Notes: generated by a model not told the origin, from the sequence alone. A stretch of 60,000 nucleotides of DNA from Malacoraja senta (GCA_038087875.1 CM075988.1:19036001-19096000), one strand, 5' to 3'; shown: positions 24,587 through 37,312, numbered from the stretch's first letter. Made by a program: numbers and translations.

Positions 24587-24935
24587 AACACAATGTGCTG
24601 GAGGGTCTCAACGGGCCAGGCAGCATCTGTTGATGGAATGGACAAACGATGTTTCGGGTTGGGACCCTTCTTCAGGCTGGTTGTAGTAGGGGGGCGGGAG
24701 GGGGGGTGGGGTGGGGGGGAGAAAGCCTAGTATGGGCAGGACAAAGCCTAGCGAGTGATAGGTGGATACAGATGAGGTACAGATACAGGTGATTGCCTGA
24801 TGGCTGTAGTAAGTGACAAGGGCTAGAATTGAAAAGGAGAGAAAAGGCTGTCAGATAAGGGGAAAAGAGGAGGAGTGAAATGTAATGCCCGAGTGAGGGA
24901 GGTGGGTGGAAGGGGACAGGGGAGAAGGGAAAGAC
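24587..24935 (-). mobile_element. Penelope-like terminal repeat remnant with hammerhead-like core
   Basis: The minus strand reads ctgaagaagggtcccaacccgaaacatc at ~24648-24676. Confidence 0.55.
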
Positions 24936-25049
24936 TTCCACAACTTGCCATGATTACAGAGAGACTGCTTGGGTCAACTCCTGAGTGTTACCACTAATGC
25001 TTCGCCTTTCTTTCCTCCTCTGTCTGTCACTATAATCCTCTACTTCCTT

Positions 25050-25570
25050 TCATAGAACACAGAATGTAGACACAGGAACAGGTACAGCACAAGAGCAGGC
25101 CCTTTGGCCCACAATGTTTGTGCCAAACATGATGCTCAAGCTAATCTCCTCCACCTGTATGTCATCTATGTCCCTCCATTTCCTGTGTACCTGTACCTAT
25201 CTAAAAGTCCTTTGAATGCCAATATCGTATCTGCCTCCACCACCATCCCTGGCAATGCATTCCAGGCACTCATCACCTCTGTGTAAAAAACTAGCTCCGC
25301 ATACCTCCTTTAAACTTTGCCCCTTTCACTATAAAGCTGTGCCCTCTGGTCTTTGACATTTCCACTCTGGGTAAAAGGTTCTGACTGTCTACCCTATCTG
25401 TGCCTCTGATAATCTTACATGCCTCTATCAGATCTTCCCTCTACCTCTTGTGTTCTAGAGAATACAATCCAAGTTTGTCCAACCTCTTGTCATCGCTAAT
25501 AACACCTAATCCAGGCCTCATCCTGGTAAACCTCTTCTGCAGCCTCTCCAAAGCCTTCACATCCTTCCAA
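25050..25570 (-). mobile_element. Old CR1 3' fragment
   Basis: Reverse complement of the CR1 C-terminus and 3' UTR. Confidence 0.7.
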
Positions 25571-26253
25571 CGAATTCGGATACCATTGAACTAGTGTAAG
25601 GGTGATAGACGGGTGGGCATGGACCCAGTGGGCTGAAGGGCCTGCTTCCATGCTGTATCTCTAAATTAAACCAAAGACAACAATCTATTACACAACCTAG
25701 CGCGGCGTTCCCTGAAATTACAAGGTTAAAGGATAATCTAATCGGTGCTTTCATTTGATAAAGATGCTGCTAATGGAATTGGAAGCATCTTAGTAAGCTA
25801 GTTAGGAAATGAGCAGTGCAGCAGGAGAGAAGGAATGAGGATAATGACCAGATATCCAAATAGACACGATGCAATAATGGGATTCCACAAAGGGCTGTGT
25901 CAGGGCTACATTTATTGACTGTATTTATAAATGACTTATCTGGAGGGACAGAAGGCACAAAAGGAAGTTTGTCAATGACACAAACAAAGATGTTATTGTA
26001 GACAGAGAAGGGGAAGATTAAACCACAAACAGATATCAATAGGTTGAACAAACGGGAAAAATCACCTCAAATAGATATCAATGAAGGCAAATATAACGTC
26101 TCACCGCGGAGTTTGAGTTTGAGTTTAGTTTATTGTCTCGTGTACCGACGTACAGCGAAGAGCTTTTGTTGCGTGCTAATCAGTCACGGAAAGACAATAC
26201 ATGATTACAATCGAGCCATCCAGAGTGTGCAGACGCATGTTGAAAGGAATTAT

Positions 26254-26307
26254 GGGGTGGGAGATTGCAACCTTCACGTGGTCCGCCCTGTTTCGACGAA
26301 TGCAATC
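26254..26307 (+). ncRNA. Putative minimal HDV/CPEB3-like ribozyme
   Basis: GGGGUGG-GA-GAUUGCA-ACC-UUCACGU-GGU-CCGCCCU-GU-UUCGA-CGAA-UGCAAUC gives a full nested double pseudoknot with a G1·U wobble and a catalytic C at 26297. Confidence 0.85.
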
Positions 26308-26398
26308 AACCTGGCGTGCACAATCAAATAAGATCAAATAGAACAAGTTGTCCTACAACTTTAGGCTGTGCACGCCATACGCAAGAAGAAGAAGAAGA
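26254..26398 (+). mobile_element. ~140-bp ribozyme-headed short retroelement, copy 2
   Basis: TSD tgaaaggaattat (26241-26253 / 26399-26411) and (gaa)n tail. Confidence 0.92.
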
Positions 26399-27639
26399 TG
26401 AAAGGAATTATGTGAATAACGTTTAGTGCAAAGCAAAGTCCGATCAAAGATAGTCCAAGGGTCTCCAATGAGGTAGATAATAGCTCAGGAGCACTGTAGT
26501 TGTTGGAAGGATGGTAGGATTTCACACCGTGCCTCATTTATGCCTCACAGTGAGACATCATACTTGCCTTCATTTATATCTATTTGAGGTGATTTTCCCC
26601 GTTCGTTCAATCTATTGACATTTGTTTGCGATTTAATCTTACCCTTCTCTGTCAATGACACAGTTGTTTGTGTCATTGGCATACTTCCTTTATGCCTTCT
26701 GTCCCTTCAGATGTCATTTTGTAAATACAGTAAATAAATGCAGTCCTGACACAGTTCTCTGTGGAATCCCATTATAGCATCATGTCTATTTGGATACCTG
26801 CTCATTATCCTTATCCCATCTCTCCCGTGGTTCTGCCAAGCTTGCATACACAACTTGCATTTGCTGGTTTGTGGCAGGAACTAACCTTATCTTGTCCATC
26901 ACCTTTACAGGTCAGGCAGCATCTGTGGAGAGAGAAGCAGAGTTAATATTTTTGAAAACTGGTCATTGACCGAAGTGTTAACCTCGGGTTCTCTCTCCAT
27001 ATATCCTGCCAGACCCACAGGATAGTTCCAGCGCTTTCAATTACTGCATCTGATTTCCCCACAAAAATGCGACTGTTATGTGTACAGATACAAGTGCAAG
27101 GCTCACGCAGTGTGGCAGGCTGGTGTGAGATGGGAACAGGGGGGTGGACATAAGAAGAACTGAGTTTGGAGGTAATTCTAAATTCCATTACTTGTTTTCC
27201 CTTTTGGGAATCCCATTCCTTTGTGTCTCTGGTGTGGTATCTCGGAATGGCGGCGTGGACCCAAGTGAACAAACAGCGAGTGCGGACACCAGGGACCTAG
27301 GGTTTGGAGGGGGAGCTGTTCCAGGAGGTTTACAGTTGTAACAGCCCATCATTTGGGGCAAGAGCACAATTGTGCAGAACCTTGTGGTTTAGATAAACCG
27401 TTTGGTGGGGGAGTTCCTGAGATGATGTGTAATATTGAACATTACGGCAAATCAATAAAAAATCAATAATATGAAGAAAACACTACCTGCAGCTGGGAGT
27501 ACTTCCATTTTAGTCAATCGCTTGATTTGACTGGATATACAGTGGCACACAAACAAAAGCTTTTTGTTGTACCTTGTAACATGTGCCATAGAACATAGAG
27601 TATAGAACATAGAACAGAATAGTACAGAACAGAACAGTA

Positions 27640-28335
27640 CACATCTCTGAGGATATGACATGGACATCACACGCTGCAGCACTCGTGAGTAAGGCAAGGC
27701 AGCGCCTTTACCACCTCAGGCAATTGAGGAAATTCAGAGTGTCTCCGAGGATCCTCCAGTGCTTCTACTCAGCGGCTGTGGAAAGCATCTTGTCCGGAAA
27801 TATCACAATCTGGTTTGGGAATTGCTCTGCCCAGGACAAGAAGGCTCTGCAGAGAGTAGTGCGTTCGGCCGAACGCACAATGGAAACTACACTCGCCCCC
27901 CTGCAGGAACTAGAAGGTGCAACTCCAGAGCCAATAAGATCATGGGAGACCCCTTCCACCCCTGCAACGGACTGTTCCAGCTGCTACGGTCAGGCAAACG
28001 CCTCCGTTGCCATGCTGTGAGAACGGAGAGGATGAGAAGGAGTTTCTTCCCAGAGGCCATTCGGACTGTATACTCCTATCTCACCAGGGACTAACTCTAC
28101 TGCACCATTCTACCGTTTTTTTAAATTGCTGTTTTTTTTCCCTTTTTCCTTCCGCCCACTATATTTAATATGTAAAAGAATATGTGATTCTATTCTTCCA
28201 TTCTGTTGTAGTTTGTTTGTTTGTTTGTTTGTTTGTTGTTTTTTTGCACAAAGTCCGCGAGCATTGCCACGTATCATTTCATTGCACATCTCGTATGTGT
28301 ATGTGACGAATAAACTTGACTTGACTTGACTTGAC
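27640..28335 (+). mobile_element. Rex1/Babar LINE 3' fragment
   Basis: KARQRLYHLRQLRKF…ESILSGNITIWFGN…RSFFPEAIR, ending in an aataaa(cttga)n tail. Confidence 0.85.
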
Positions 28336-29422
28336 TCCAGCACAAAATCAGACCCCTTAGCCCACAACACATGTGCCGAACAAGATGCCCAGACCATCTC
28401 TTATCTACTTGCATATAAACCATATCCCTCCATTCCCTGCCATATCCATATCCATATCCATTGACTCTTGACTGCTACAGTTGTATTTGCCTCCACCCCC
28501 CCCCCCCCCCCCCCACAGTGCGATGCAGGCTCCCACCACTCTATGGGGGCTGGGGACTGGACATTGTGCCTTCTCCCACAGTGGAAATCATTCTGGGGGG
28601 ATGATTTTTGTTTGTAATTGTTTGTAATTGTATTTGTTAGTCTGTGTTCAAGATGGCAGTCGGAGGGGAGAGTGGACGCTGGCGCGGTTTCGTTGCCGCT
28701 GCTCTCTCCTCAAATTGTGCTTCTGATTTTATTTTTTGTGTTTTTGGAAGGAATTCTGTCCCTGATTTGTGTATTGGTCTTTATAACTTATTTTTTGAAA
28801 ATTCTGATTAATCTGATTATATGTTAACCATAAATCTCTGTAAGGTGTCCTTGAGACCTCGGTATAAGGCGCCCATAAATAAAATTCATTATTATTATTA
28901 TGTGTAAAAATCTTGACCCGCACATCTCCTTTAAACTATGTCCCTCACCGTTTAGCCGTGTCTTTCAGTGTCGGACATTTCCACCCTGGGGAAAAAAGTG
29001 ACAACAATAAACCAATACTAAAGAGAGGTTGGTTATGCGGCATATCATCGACCTCAGCAAGGATCTGGATCCACTGCAATTCATCTACTGCCACAATAGA
29101 TAAACGGGGATGTGATCTTGCTCGCTCTCCACTCTTCACTGGACCACTTGGACCATAAAAACACTTACTTCAGGCTGTTGTTCATTGACTGCAGTTCAGC
29201 ATTCAACAACATCATCCCCTCCCAAATTTGATACCAAGCTCACAGAACTGGGTCTCTGCACATCCCTCTGCAACTGCATCCTCGACTTCCTCATTAACAG
29301 AACACAGGTACAAATTGGCAGCAACACTTCCTCCTCCATAACCATCAGCAAAGGGGCACCACAAGGCCCCTGCTCAGTCCCCTGCTCTACTCATTTTACA
29401 CCCAAGATTGCACAGCCAGTGT

Positions 29423-29514
29423 AGACTGAAGAAGGGTCTCGACCCGAAACGTCACCCATTCCTTCTCTCCAGAGATGCTGCCTGTCCCGCTGAGTTACTC
29501 CAGCATTTTGTGTC
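29423..29514 (+). mobile_element. Penelope-derived short repeat with intact hammerhead-like core
   Basis: CTGAAGA-A-GGGT-CTCG-ACCC-GAAAC-GTC at 29426-29453. Confidence 0.65.
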
Positions 29515-29759
29515 TTGCATAGCCAGACACAGTTCCAAGTTAATCATTAAATTTGCTGCTAACACCTCCGTTGTTGGACGAAGTATGGATAATGATGTCG
29601 GAGTACAGGAGGGAGACCGATCGTCTGATTCAAAGGTGACAGAACAACAACCTTACTCTTAGTTAAAGCAAGTAAAACAAAAGAACGGATTGGTAAGTAT
29701 AGACGAGAGTCCACAAACCTGTCTTCATTAATGGGTCGGTGGTGGAGGAAGTCAACAAC

Positions 29760-30355
29760 TATAATAATAATTATAATAATAATAATAATAATAATATCTT
29801 TTATTGACAATGCACATAGGTGCAACGAGATTTGGTATGCAGCTTCCATCCGATGTCATAACTTAAACAAATAATAACATTTAGATACCCCGAGAAACAT
29901 GATTTATTAAAAAAAAAGAACAGTAAAACTAAAACAGTCTAAAGTGCAAATATGTCTGCCGGGTCGATGTGCGAAGTGACCATCCAAGGGAGACAGTTCA
30001 TGGGGGTGGTGGGGGGGGGGGGGGAACTCAGCAGGGCCGGTTCAGAGCAGCTATAGCTCTGGGGATAAAGCTGTTCCTGAGTCTGGAGGTGCGGGCGTAG
30101 AAGGCCTTGTAACGTCTGCCGCAAGGTAGGAGTTCGAACAGGCTATTACAAGGATGTGAGGAGTCTTTGTGGATGCTGACGGCCTTCCTGGGGCACCGTG
30201 TGTAGTAGATGCCGTCCAAGGCTGGTAGCTGTGTCCCAATAATCTTCTGTGCTCTGTGGACGATGCGCTGAAGAGGTCTCCTCTCCGCCTCCGTGCAGCT
30301 AAGATACCACACAGAGATGCCATGTGTTAGTATGCTCTCTGTGGTGCAGCGGTAG
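29760..30355 (-). mobile_element. Rex1/Babar 3' fragment with (ATT)n tail
   Basis: LYRCTTESILTHGISVWY…TSRLRNSFIPRAIAALN. Confidence 0.85.
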
Positions 30356-32325
30356 AGGTTCCTGGGCGTGCATATCTCCGAAGATCTGTCCTGGATCCAG
30401 CACATTGATGCAATCAGAAAGAAAACCCATCAACTCCTCTACTTCCTTCGAAGATTGAGGAGAGTTGGTATTCCATGAATACTCTCTTGAACTTCTACAG
30501 GTGTCTGGTAGAGACCATATTGACTGGTTACATCACGGCCTGGCTCGGCAACTCAAACACCCAGGAACAAAGGAGAATAAAAAAGTGGTGAACACTGCCC
30601 GGTCCATCACAGGTACTGACCTCCCCACCATCTATAAGGAATCTATAAGAGGCGGTGTCTCAAAAAGGTAGCCGGCATCATCTATGATCCACACCACATT
30701 GGCCATGCTCACATTTCATTCCTGCCATCAGGAAGATGAAATAGAAGCCTTAGCCCAGGATAACGTTCAGGTTCAGGAATAGCTTCTTTCCAACAACCAT
30801 CAGGCTATTGAACACAATGAAGTCCAACTACACTTTGAAATACAAACTGCCTGGTTTTACCAGGGTTTCCGGGCTATTTTGTGCACTATACCGGGTCTTT
30901 TTATTGATCAAATGTTTTTTTTGTTTGTTTATTGATTAGATTATCTATTCAAACTGGTGTGCTGCTGCTGCTGCTGCTGCAAGTAAGAATTCCATTGTTT
31001 CATTCCGATACAAACGACAGTAAAACATCTTTGACTTTTGACTCTTGAATTAATCTGCTACTCTGCTCGTCTGACAGACTTGAGTTACGACGTAGGTGGA
31101 AGTCACCAAACCCAAACAGTTTACATCAGATTAAAAGGATCAAGACAGGTTCACTCAGCTATTCCACTGGGCCATATTTGTCATGGAATTATTCAGAAAT
31201 AAAGTTAACGAGAGCAATCTCGAACCACTGCCCTACAATGTTACATCCAATCAAGATCACCTCTTGCTGGAGAGAGCCATATTGATTTAAGCAGGACGCT
31301 GTGAAGCACCTGCCACTCAAATTATATTAATAGATTCTGCGATTTGTCACCAAGGAACTTTGTGACTGATATCTCATCATGGATAAAACACTGTTTTAGC
31401 TAATGAAAGACAGCTTGATGTATTCAACAGAAATAGAGCTTCAAGAAGAAAGCTGATAACTCTTATAAAGTCTCGTTTTTTTCAAATGATTTTTTTTTTT
31501 ACCTCAGTTTAGAGACACAGCATAGAAACAGGCCCTTCGGTCCACTGTCCACACCTGACCAGCGACCCACGCACACTAACACTATCCTACACCACACTAG
31601 GAACAGCTTTTTTTACATTTTTATACCAAGCCATTTAGCCTACAAACCTGTATGTCTTTGGAGTGTGGGAGGAAACCGGAGAAAACCCGGAAACAGGAAC
31701 TAAAGATTAGTTTAGTTTAGTTCATATTGTCATGTGTATCGAGGTACAGTGAAAAGCTTTTGTTTGCATGCTGTCCAGTCAAAGAAAAGACTATACATGT
31801 TTACAATTAAGCCGTTCACAGTGTACAGATAAAGAATAAAGGGTCAAACATTTAATGCACGATCAAGTCTGATTAAAGATAGAGATTTGAAAGAGTGGAT
31901 TGATTGTAATGGATGATAGTAGATCATCTTCTCGAACCAGCACACAAAGAGTCGCCACACCCCGGCGCCACCTTAGATGGTGGCTGGGATTGTTTTTGCC
32001 TTATGTAGTGGATGAGGCTTCTTCACCCCCAGTCCTTGGCAAGGATGTTAAGGCAAGGCAGCCAATATCATCAAAGACCCACACCTCCATGGCCATGCTC
32101 TCATCTCACTGCTACCATCGGGAAGAAGGGTACAGGAGTCTGAAAACTGTGACCTCCAGGTTCAAGAACAGCTTCTTCGCAGCAAACATCAGGATTTGGA
32201 ACACTGACCAGTTATGGACTTCCTGGATTTCTTTGGTCACACTAAGGACTATGGGTCTTTCTTCTCTAGTGTTGTGGTTATTCATTTATTGAGTTATTGA
32301 AAACTGGCATTGTAAGTTATGAGGA

Positions 32326-32630
32326 TGGCAGAGTGGAATAGTGGTAAAGTTGCCGCCTTACAGCACCAGAGACCCGGGTTCGATCCTGACTACAGGTGCT
32401 GTTTGTACAGTGTTTGTACATTCTCCCTGTGACCATGTGGGTTTTCTCCGGGTGCTCCAGTTTCCTCCCATATTCCAAAGATGTACAGGTTTATAGTTTA
32501 ATCGGCTTCGGTAAAATTGTAAATTGTGTGTAGGATAGTGGTAGTGTACGGGGTGATCTCTGATCGAAATGGACTCGGTGGGGCCAAAGAGACTGTTTCC
32601 ACGCTGTATCTTTGAAGTCTAAAGTCTAAA
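32326..32630 (+). mobile_element. HE1-like V-SINE
   Basis: Head, V-domain and tail are present. Confidence 0.8.
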
Positions 32631-33685
32631 AAAGGATGCAGACAGGCTTCAAAGTGAGCCAAATGAGTTTGCAAATACAAGGCAGATGCAGTGTAACGTG
32701 ATAAATGTGAAATTATCCATTTTGGGAGGACCACATCATTGCAGAGTTTAGTTCAATTGTTATAAAGTCATAGAGCTGGATAGCATGGAAACAGACCCTT
32801 TGTCCCACCTGGTCCATGCCAACCATCTTAGCATTCTGGAAAACCAGTAGAATATTGAGGTAAAAATACTTCAGAAGAAGCAAGAAAGGTGATTTGAATA
32901 TTTACATTTCTCAAAGGCTTCACGGTCAAAAGTTGCCTTTCCATCAATCTCATGAACAAAATATCCATTCCTCAATAAGTCTGGCTAAATGTTCTTTACT
33001 ATTCCCAAGCAATATACCTTTACACAAGTACCAAACAGCAACTACTCCCAAAGTTTTTAAAGTACTTGAATCATATCAGAACTTCCATGTCAGCAATGTC
33101 TGATAGTAGATAATCTTCTCGGACCAGCAGACAAAGAGTTCCATGTCTATTATATTCCAATTAAACTTGTGTGTTTTTCACACAGAAGGTGGTGGGAAAG
33201 TGGAACGAGATGCCAGAGGAGGTTGGTGAGGCAGGTACAATAACAACATTTAACAGACTTTTACACCGGTACATGGATAGTAAAGGTTTGGAGGTATATG
33301 GATCAAATGTGGGTAAATGTGATCAGCTTAGATGGGGCACCTTGATCGGCATGGACGATTTGGGCTGAAGGGCCTGTTACCGTGCTGAATGACCCTATGA
33401 CTCGGGACTGTGACATAAGCGCATGGTTTGTAAAATATTGCAAAGATTAAGATATAAAGATTCATTATCCACATAATTCACAAATAAAGTGCTTTACCTT
33501 TACAAAGCAAGGTAAGTTTGACCACTAAATGTCCACCAATTCAGGGTTACAAGTTTCTCTCCAAGTCTCCCACCTTTGTAATTTTGAAATATTCTCCCAT
33601 CTTTCTTCAGTCTGAATCTTCACAATCTTCACCCCGCAGCACAGCGAGAGTACGTTCTGTACATAAACTGCAGCAGTTCAAGAAG

Positions 33686-34082
33686 ATGACTCTAGTCCTC
33701 ATCTTTGGACACCCTGAGCGTAGGAGAGAGGGCAGGGCCGAAGATGTCCTGGTTGGGTTTCTCCTAGCCCTGGCCAAGCTGGCCATCCACGAGTCACGGC
33801 GCCAGGCGGAAGAGGTCTCTGCCCGAGCCTGCTGCCTGCCCCTTTTCCGGGGGTTACGTCCGCGCCCGGGTGGTTTTAGAGAGGGACTACGCGCTGTCCA
33901 CGGGCTCCATGGTGGATTTCTGGCTCCGTTGGGCACCGCATGGGGTGAAAGTCATCCTCAATGTGGATTGAAATATAGTTGTATAGGAGTTTATTTAGTA
34001 TGTTTGTTTGACATGTATTATGGTGGAGGGTTTTGTTTCATTTTATATTGTATTGTAAATATTATTTTAAATAATGTTTTAA
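33686..34082 (+). mobile_element. Tx1/L1-clade LINE 3' fragment
   Basis: LIFGHP…DVLVGFLLALAKLAIHESR…CLPLFRG(Y)VRAR..LERDYA resembles Tx1 ORF2 C-termini, and an AT-rich tail follows. Confidence 0.7.
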
Positions 34083-35347
34083 AAGGATGATTCTAGGGTG
34101 ATTCAGAATGCTTGACTAATAATGGCCTTACCAATAATGCCCACACCATGTCAACGAATAAAAAAAATACCATGTGCGTTCATAAATCACACATTCCTCC
34201 AGCATTAAAAAGGGGTTTCGGATAGATAAATCAAAATAGATGCCATTTTGCTCATTGAGTATGATTGAAGTATGCAAACAACCTTTGTGTCAGCAACAGG
34301 TTGATGTGAAATATGCTAACGCAAGACTGATGAATGATTGGTATGCAAATTGGACAATTTCCAGAGGATTCTGATGCTACATAAATTTGACCAACAGCCA
34401 AGACTACAAGGCTGAGAAAAAAAAAAAACGTTACAATCATTATGCAGAGAGCTGGCAATTTATACAAGTAAATATATATCACTGTCTCGTGGAAAAAAGA
34501 ATGGGTTCCTTAAATGTTTATTCAATTAAGGAGTTTTGGAAATAGCACTTTACATGTAAATTAGGACGCAGGAACTAGGAGTTGTCTCCTAAGGCAGAGA
34601 AAGAAACGAAACTCAGACGACTAATTTTTTACTCTGATGCTGACTTTCCGTTGACTTGTTCTGTGAATATTCCACAAGATGTCATCCCTAAAATTCTCCT
34701 TAAAATGATCAGATTTATGCATTCGTTAAAGGGTATTTTGGGATTAAAATCCATAATCCCCACTGTTTCTGGGACTGCATGGATTTAAAATAGAGTCAGG
34801 ATCGAACACGGGTCTCTGGCGCTGTGAGGCAGCAACTCTGCCGCTGTGCCACTGTGCCGCCCAAACACAATCAACCGACAGACCCACATGCCCTTGAGAT
34901 AGAGAGTTACTCACAGAAGTAAAGGGAAAGGATGGGAGGACAGGTAACACAGCCATTATAGACATTGATATTGGCATTAGTTTATTATTGTCGCGTGAAC
35001 CGAGATATGGTGAAAAGCTTTTTTTTGCATGCTATCCATTCAAATCAGTTAATACTGTACATGAATAACATTGAGCCATACACAAAAACAACAGGTATTG
35101 TAGCATAATACTTCCAGAGTACAAAGTGCAATGTCCATGATGAAGTAGGTTGGAAGATCAGGACTACACCCTCGTCTATGGGAGGACAGTTCAGTGGTCT
35201 TTAATACAGAGGGGATGAAGCTGTTCCTGAATCTGGTGGCACGTGCTTTCAAGCTTTTATATCTTTTGCCTGGCAGGAGGAGGAAAAGATTCGCGATTAT
35301 GTTCATTATGATGAACTGAATGGCCTTCTTCTGTACCATAACAATTC

Positions 35348-35572
35348 ATCCAGAGAGTTGTGAATCTGTGGAATTCTCTGCCACAGGCCAATTCACAGGA
35401 TGTATTCAAGAGAGAGTTAGATATAGCTCTTGGGGCTAACGGAATCAAGGTATATGGGGAGAAATCAGGAACGGGGTACTGATTCTAGATGATCAACCAT
35501 GATCATATTGAAAGGCTCGGAGGGCTGAATGTCCTACTCCTGCATCTGCTTTCCATGTTTCTCTGTTTCTAT
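35348..35572 (+). mobile_element. CR1 3' fragment
   Basis: cagagagttgtgaatctgtggaattctctgcc…ctactcctgc. Confidence 0.8.
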
Positions 35573-36921
35573 TTTTCCATAAAGGTGATCAGAACTAAAA
35601 TGATCCTTGTGACCATTTAAAAACAATATTGGTTATTTCAAAGAGTAAGTCGATGCCTGTCTGCATGGTAGCTGGAACTGTCAGTGTGACTGTAATTGGA
35701 TGCATATTCTACATTGAAACCATAATCTAGGGCTCATTAGAGGGAAAACGGTTCTCAACCTTATTAACTATCTCCAAGGAAGTGGATAAAAGGCAGGAGC
35801 GAAGCCCTTTCATTTTCCCGAACCCTCTTTGAACTGACTTAGCTTTCCCTGCAAATGGATTCATTATACAAAAGTAATGATGTATATCTAAAATATCAAG
35901 CCCGTTGATTCTTCATGACCATGCTATGGTCAAAGCTGCACCATGTGTAGAGGCATAATATCAAACTTCTCCTCATTCACCACCATCTTTGCTCAATAGA
36001 AAAAACACTGAGGAGAAATGGACAATTTATTTCATTTGAAACGAGTTAACACATCGTGCTAATGGGTCTCTGGTCTGATTAGGAATTGTTGGCACTACTT
36101 GAGAAATGATCCGACAACGCATCCCTGGTGATTCTCTGCACAGCAGACCACTGCAAGAACTCTGCACTCTTTTAAACATGTTATCACACTGGGCTTGATG
36201 TTTCAGTCTCCCAACTCTAAAGCGCGAATGGATATGAAAATAGAAGTTTCATCTGGGAGCATGAAATATTCAAGCTAACGTATGTATTGACTCCTATTTG
36301 TTCTCTGTGCGAGTCCATAAAGCTGATTCAACAAAGAAATGCTTGCATTTCGAATAGCGCCTTCTTCTCAATACAGGATGTCCCAAGGTACTCCACGGAG
36401 CAAAGTGAAATAAAATGTAAAACGCTGGACAGAATCAGCAGGTTAGTAGAAAGACAAACAGCCAACATTTGGGGTCGATGGTACTTCAACTGAATCTGGA
36501 AGGAAAGAAAGCGAGTTGGTTTTAAATTACATAGGAGGTGTGGAAGGAATAGGCAGAACTAAGCGATTATTTCTGATGGGTGAGGCCAGGGTTGGTGTGG
36601 GGATAAATTGCAGAAGTCACCTAATCAATAACTTAATGGTGAAAGGTGAATCATAGAACAAAAAAATAGAACATGGAGCTGTACAGCACAGTCGGCGACA
36701 CAGTGGCGCAGCAGTAGACTTGCTGCCTTACAGCACCAGAGGCCCAGATTTGATCCTGACTATGGGTGCTGTCTGTACGGAGTTTGTACGTTCTTCCTGT
36801 GACCATGTGGGTTTCCTCTGGGTGCTCCAGTCTCCCCCCACATTCCAAAGACGTGCAGCTTTGTAGGCTTCTGTAAATTGTCCCCAGTATGTAAGATAGA
36901 TCTTGTGTATGGATGATCGCT

Positions 36922-36975
36922 GGGGTGGAAGATTGCAACCTTCACGTGGTCCGCCCTGTTTCGACTAATGCAATC
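36922..36975 (+). ncRNA. Putative HDV-like ribozyme
   Basis: Same P1, P2 and P3 as the copy at 26254, with J1/2 AA and J4/2 CUAA (C36965). Confidence 0.82.
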
Positions 36976-37065
36976 AACTCGACGTGCACAAACGGAAGAT
37001 CAAATAGAACAAGTTGTCCAACAACTTTAGGCTGTGCACGCCACATGAAAGAAGAAAATTAAGAA
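36922..37065 (+). mobile_element. ~140-bp ribozyme-headed short retroelement, copy 3 (variant)
   Basis: TSD gatgatcgct / gatgatcact (36912-36921 / 37066-37075). Confidence 0.88.
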
Positions 37066-37312
37066 GATGATCACTGGTCGGCGTGGCCTTGGTAGGCCAA
37101 AGGGCAGAGTCAAGTCGAGTTTATTGTCATATGCACAAGTAGGGTGAGGTACAGGTACAATGAAAACCTTGCTTGCAGCAACATCACAGGTGTACAATAA
37201 TGCAAGGCCACCAGCATAATCAAGGACCAGTCTCACCCTGCACACTCCCTCCTCTCCCCTCTCCCTTCTGGAAAAATGTGCAGAAGTTTGAAAACGCATA
37301 TATCTCCAGATT

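Larger units (their letters stand above)
25826..26826. repeat. Fold-back inverted duplication of a decayed CR1 RT fragment (arms 25826-26108 / 26545-26826)
   Basis: For example, atccaaatagacacgatgcaataatgggattccaca pairs with tgtggaatcccattatagcatcatgtctatttggat. Confidence 0.88.
29005..30815 (+). mobile_element. Decayed Rex1/Babar RT fragment with nested insertions
   Basis: [32 protein letters not shown] and KFAAN motifs. The element resumes at ~30356 after the nested insert. Confidence 0.8.
36693..37106 (+). mobile_element. HE1-like V-SINE interrupted by the ribozyme element
   Basis: The SINE resumes (…ctggtcggcgtgg…) after the insert. Confidence 0.8.
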
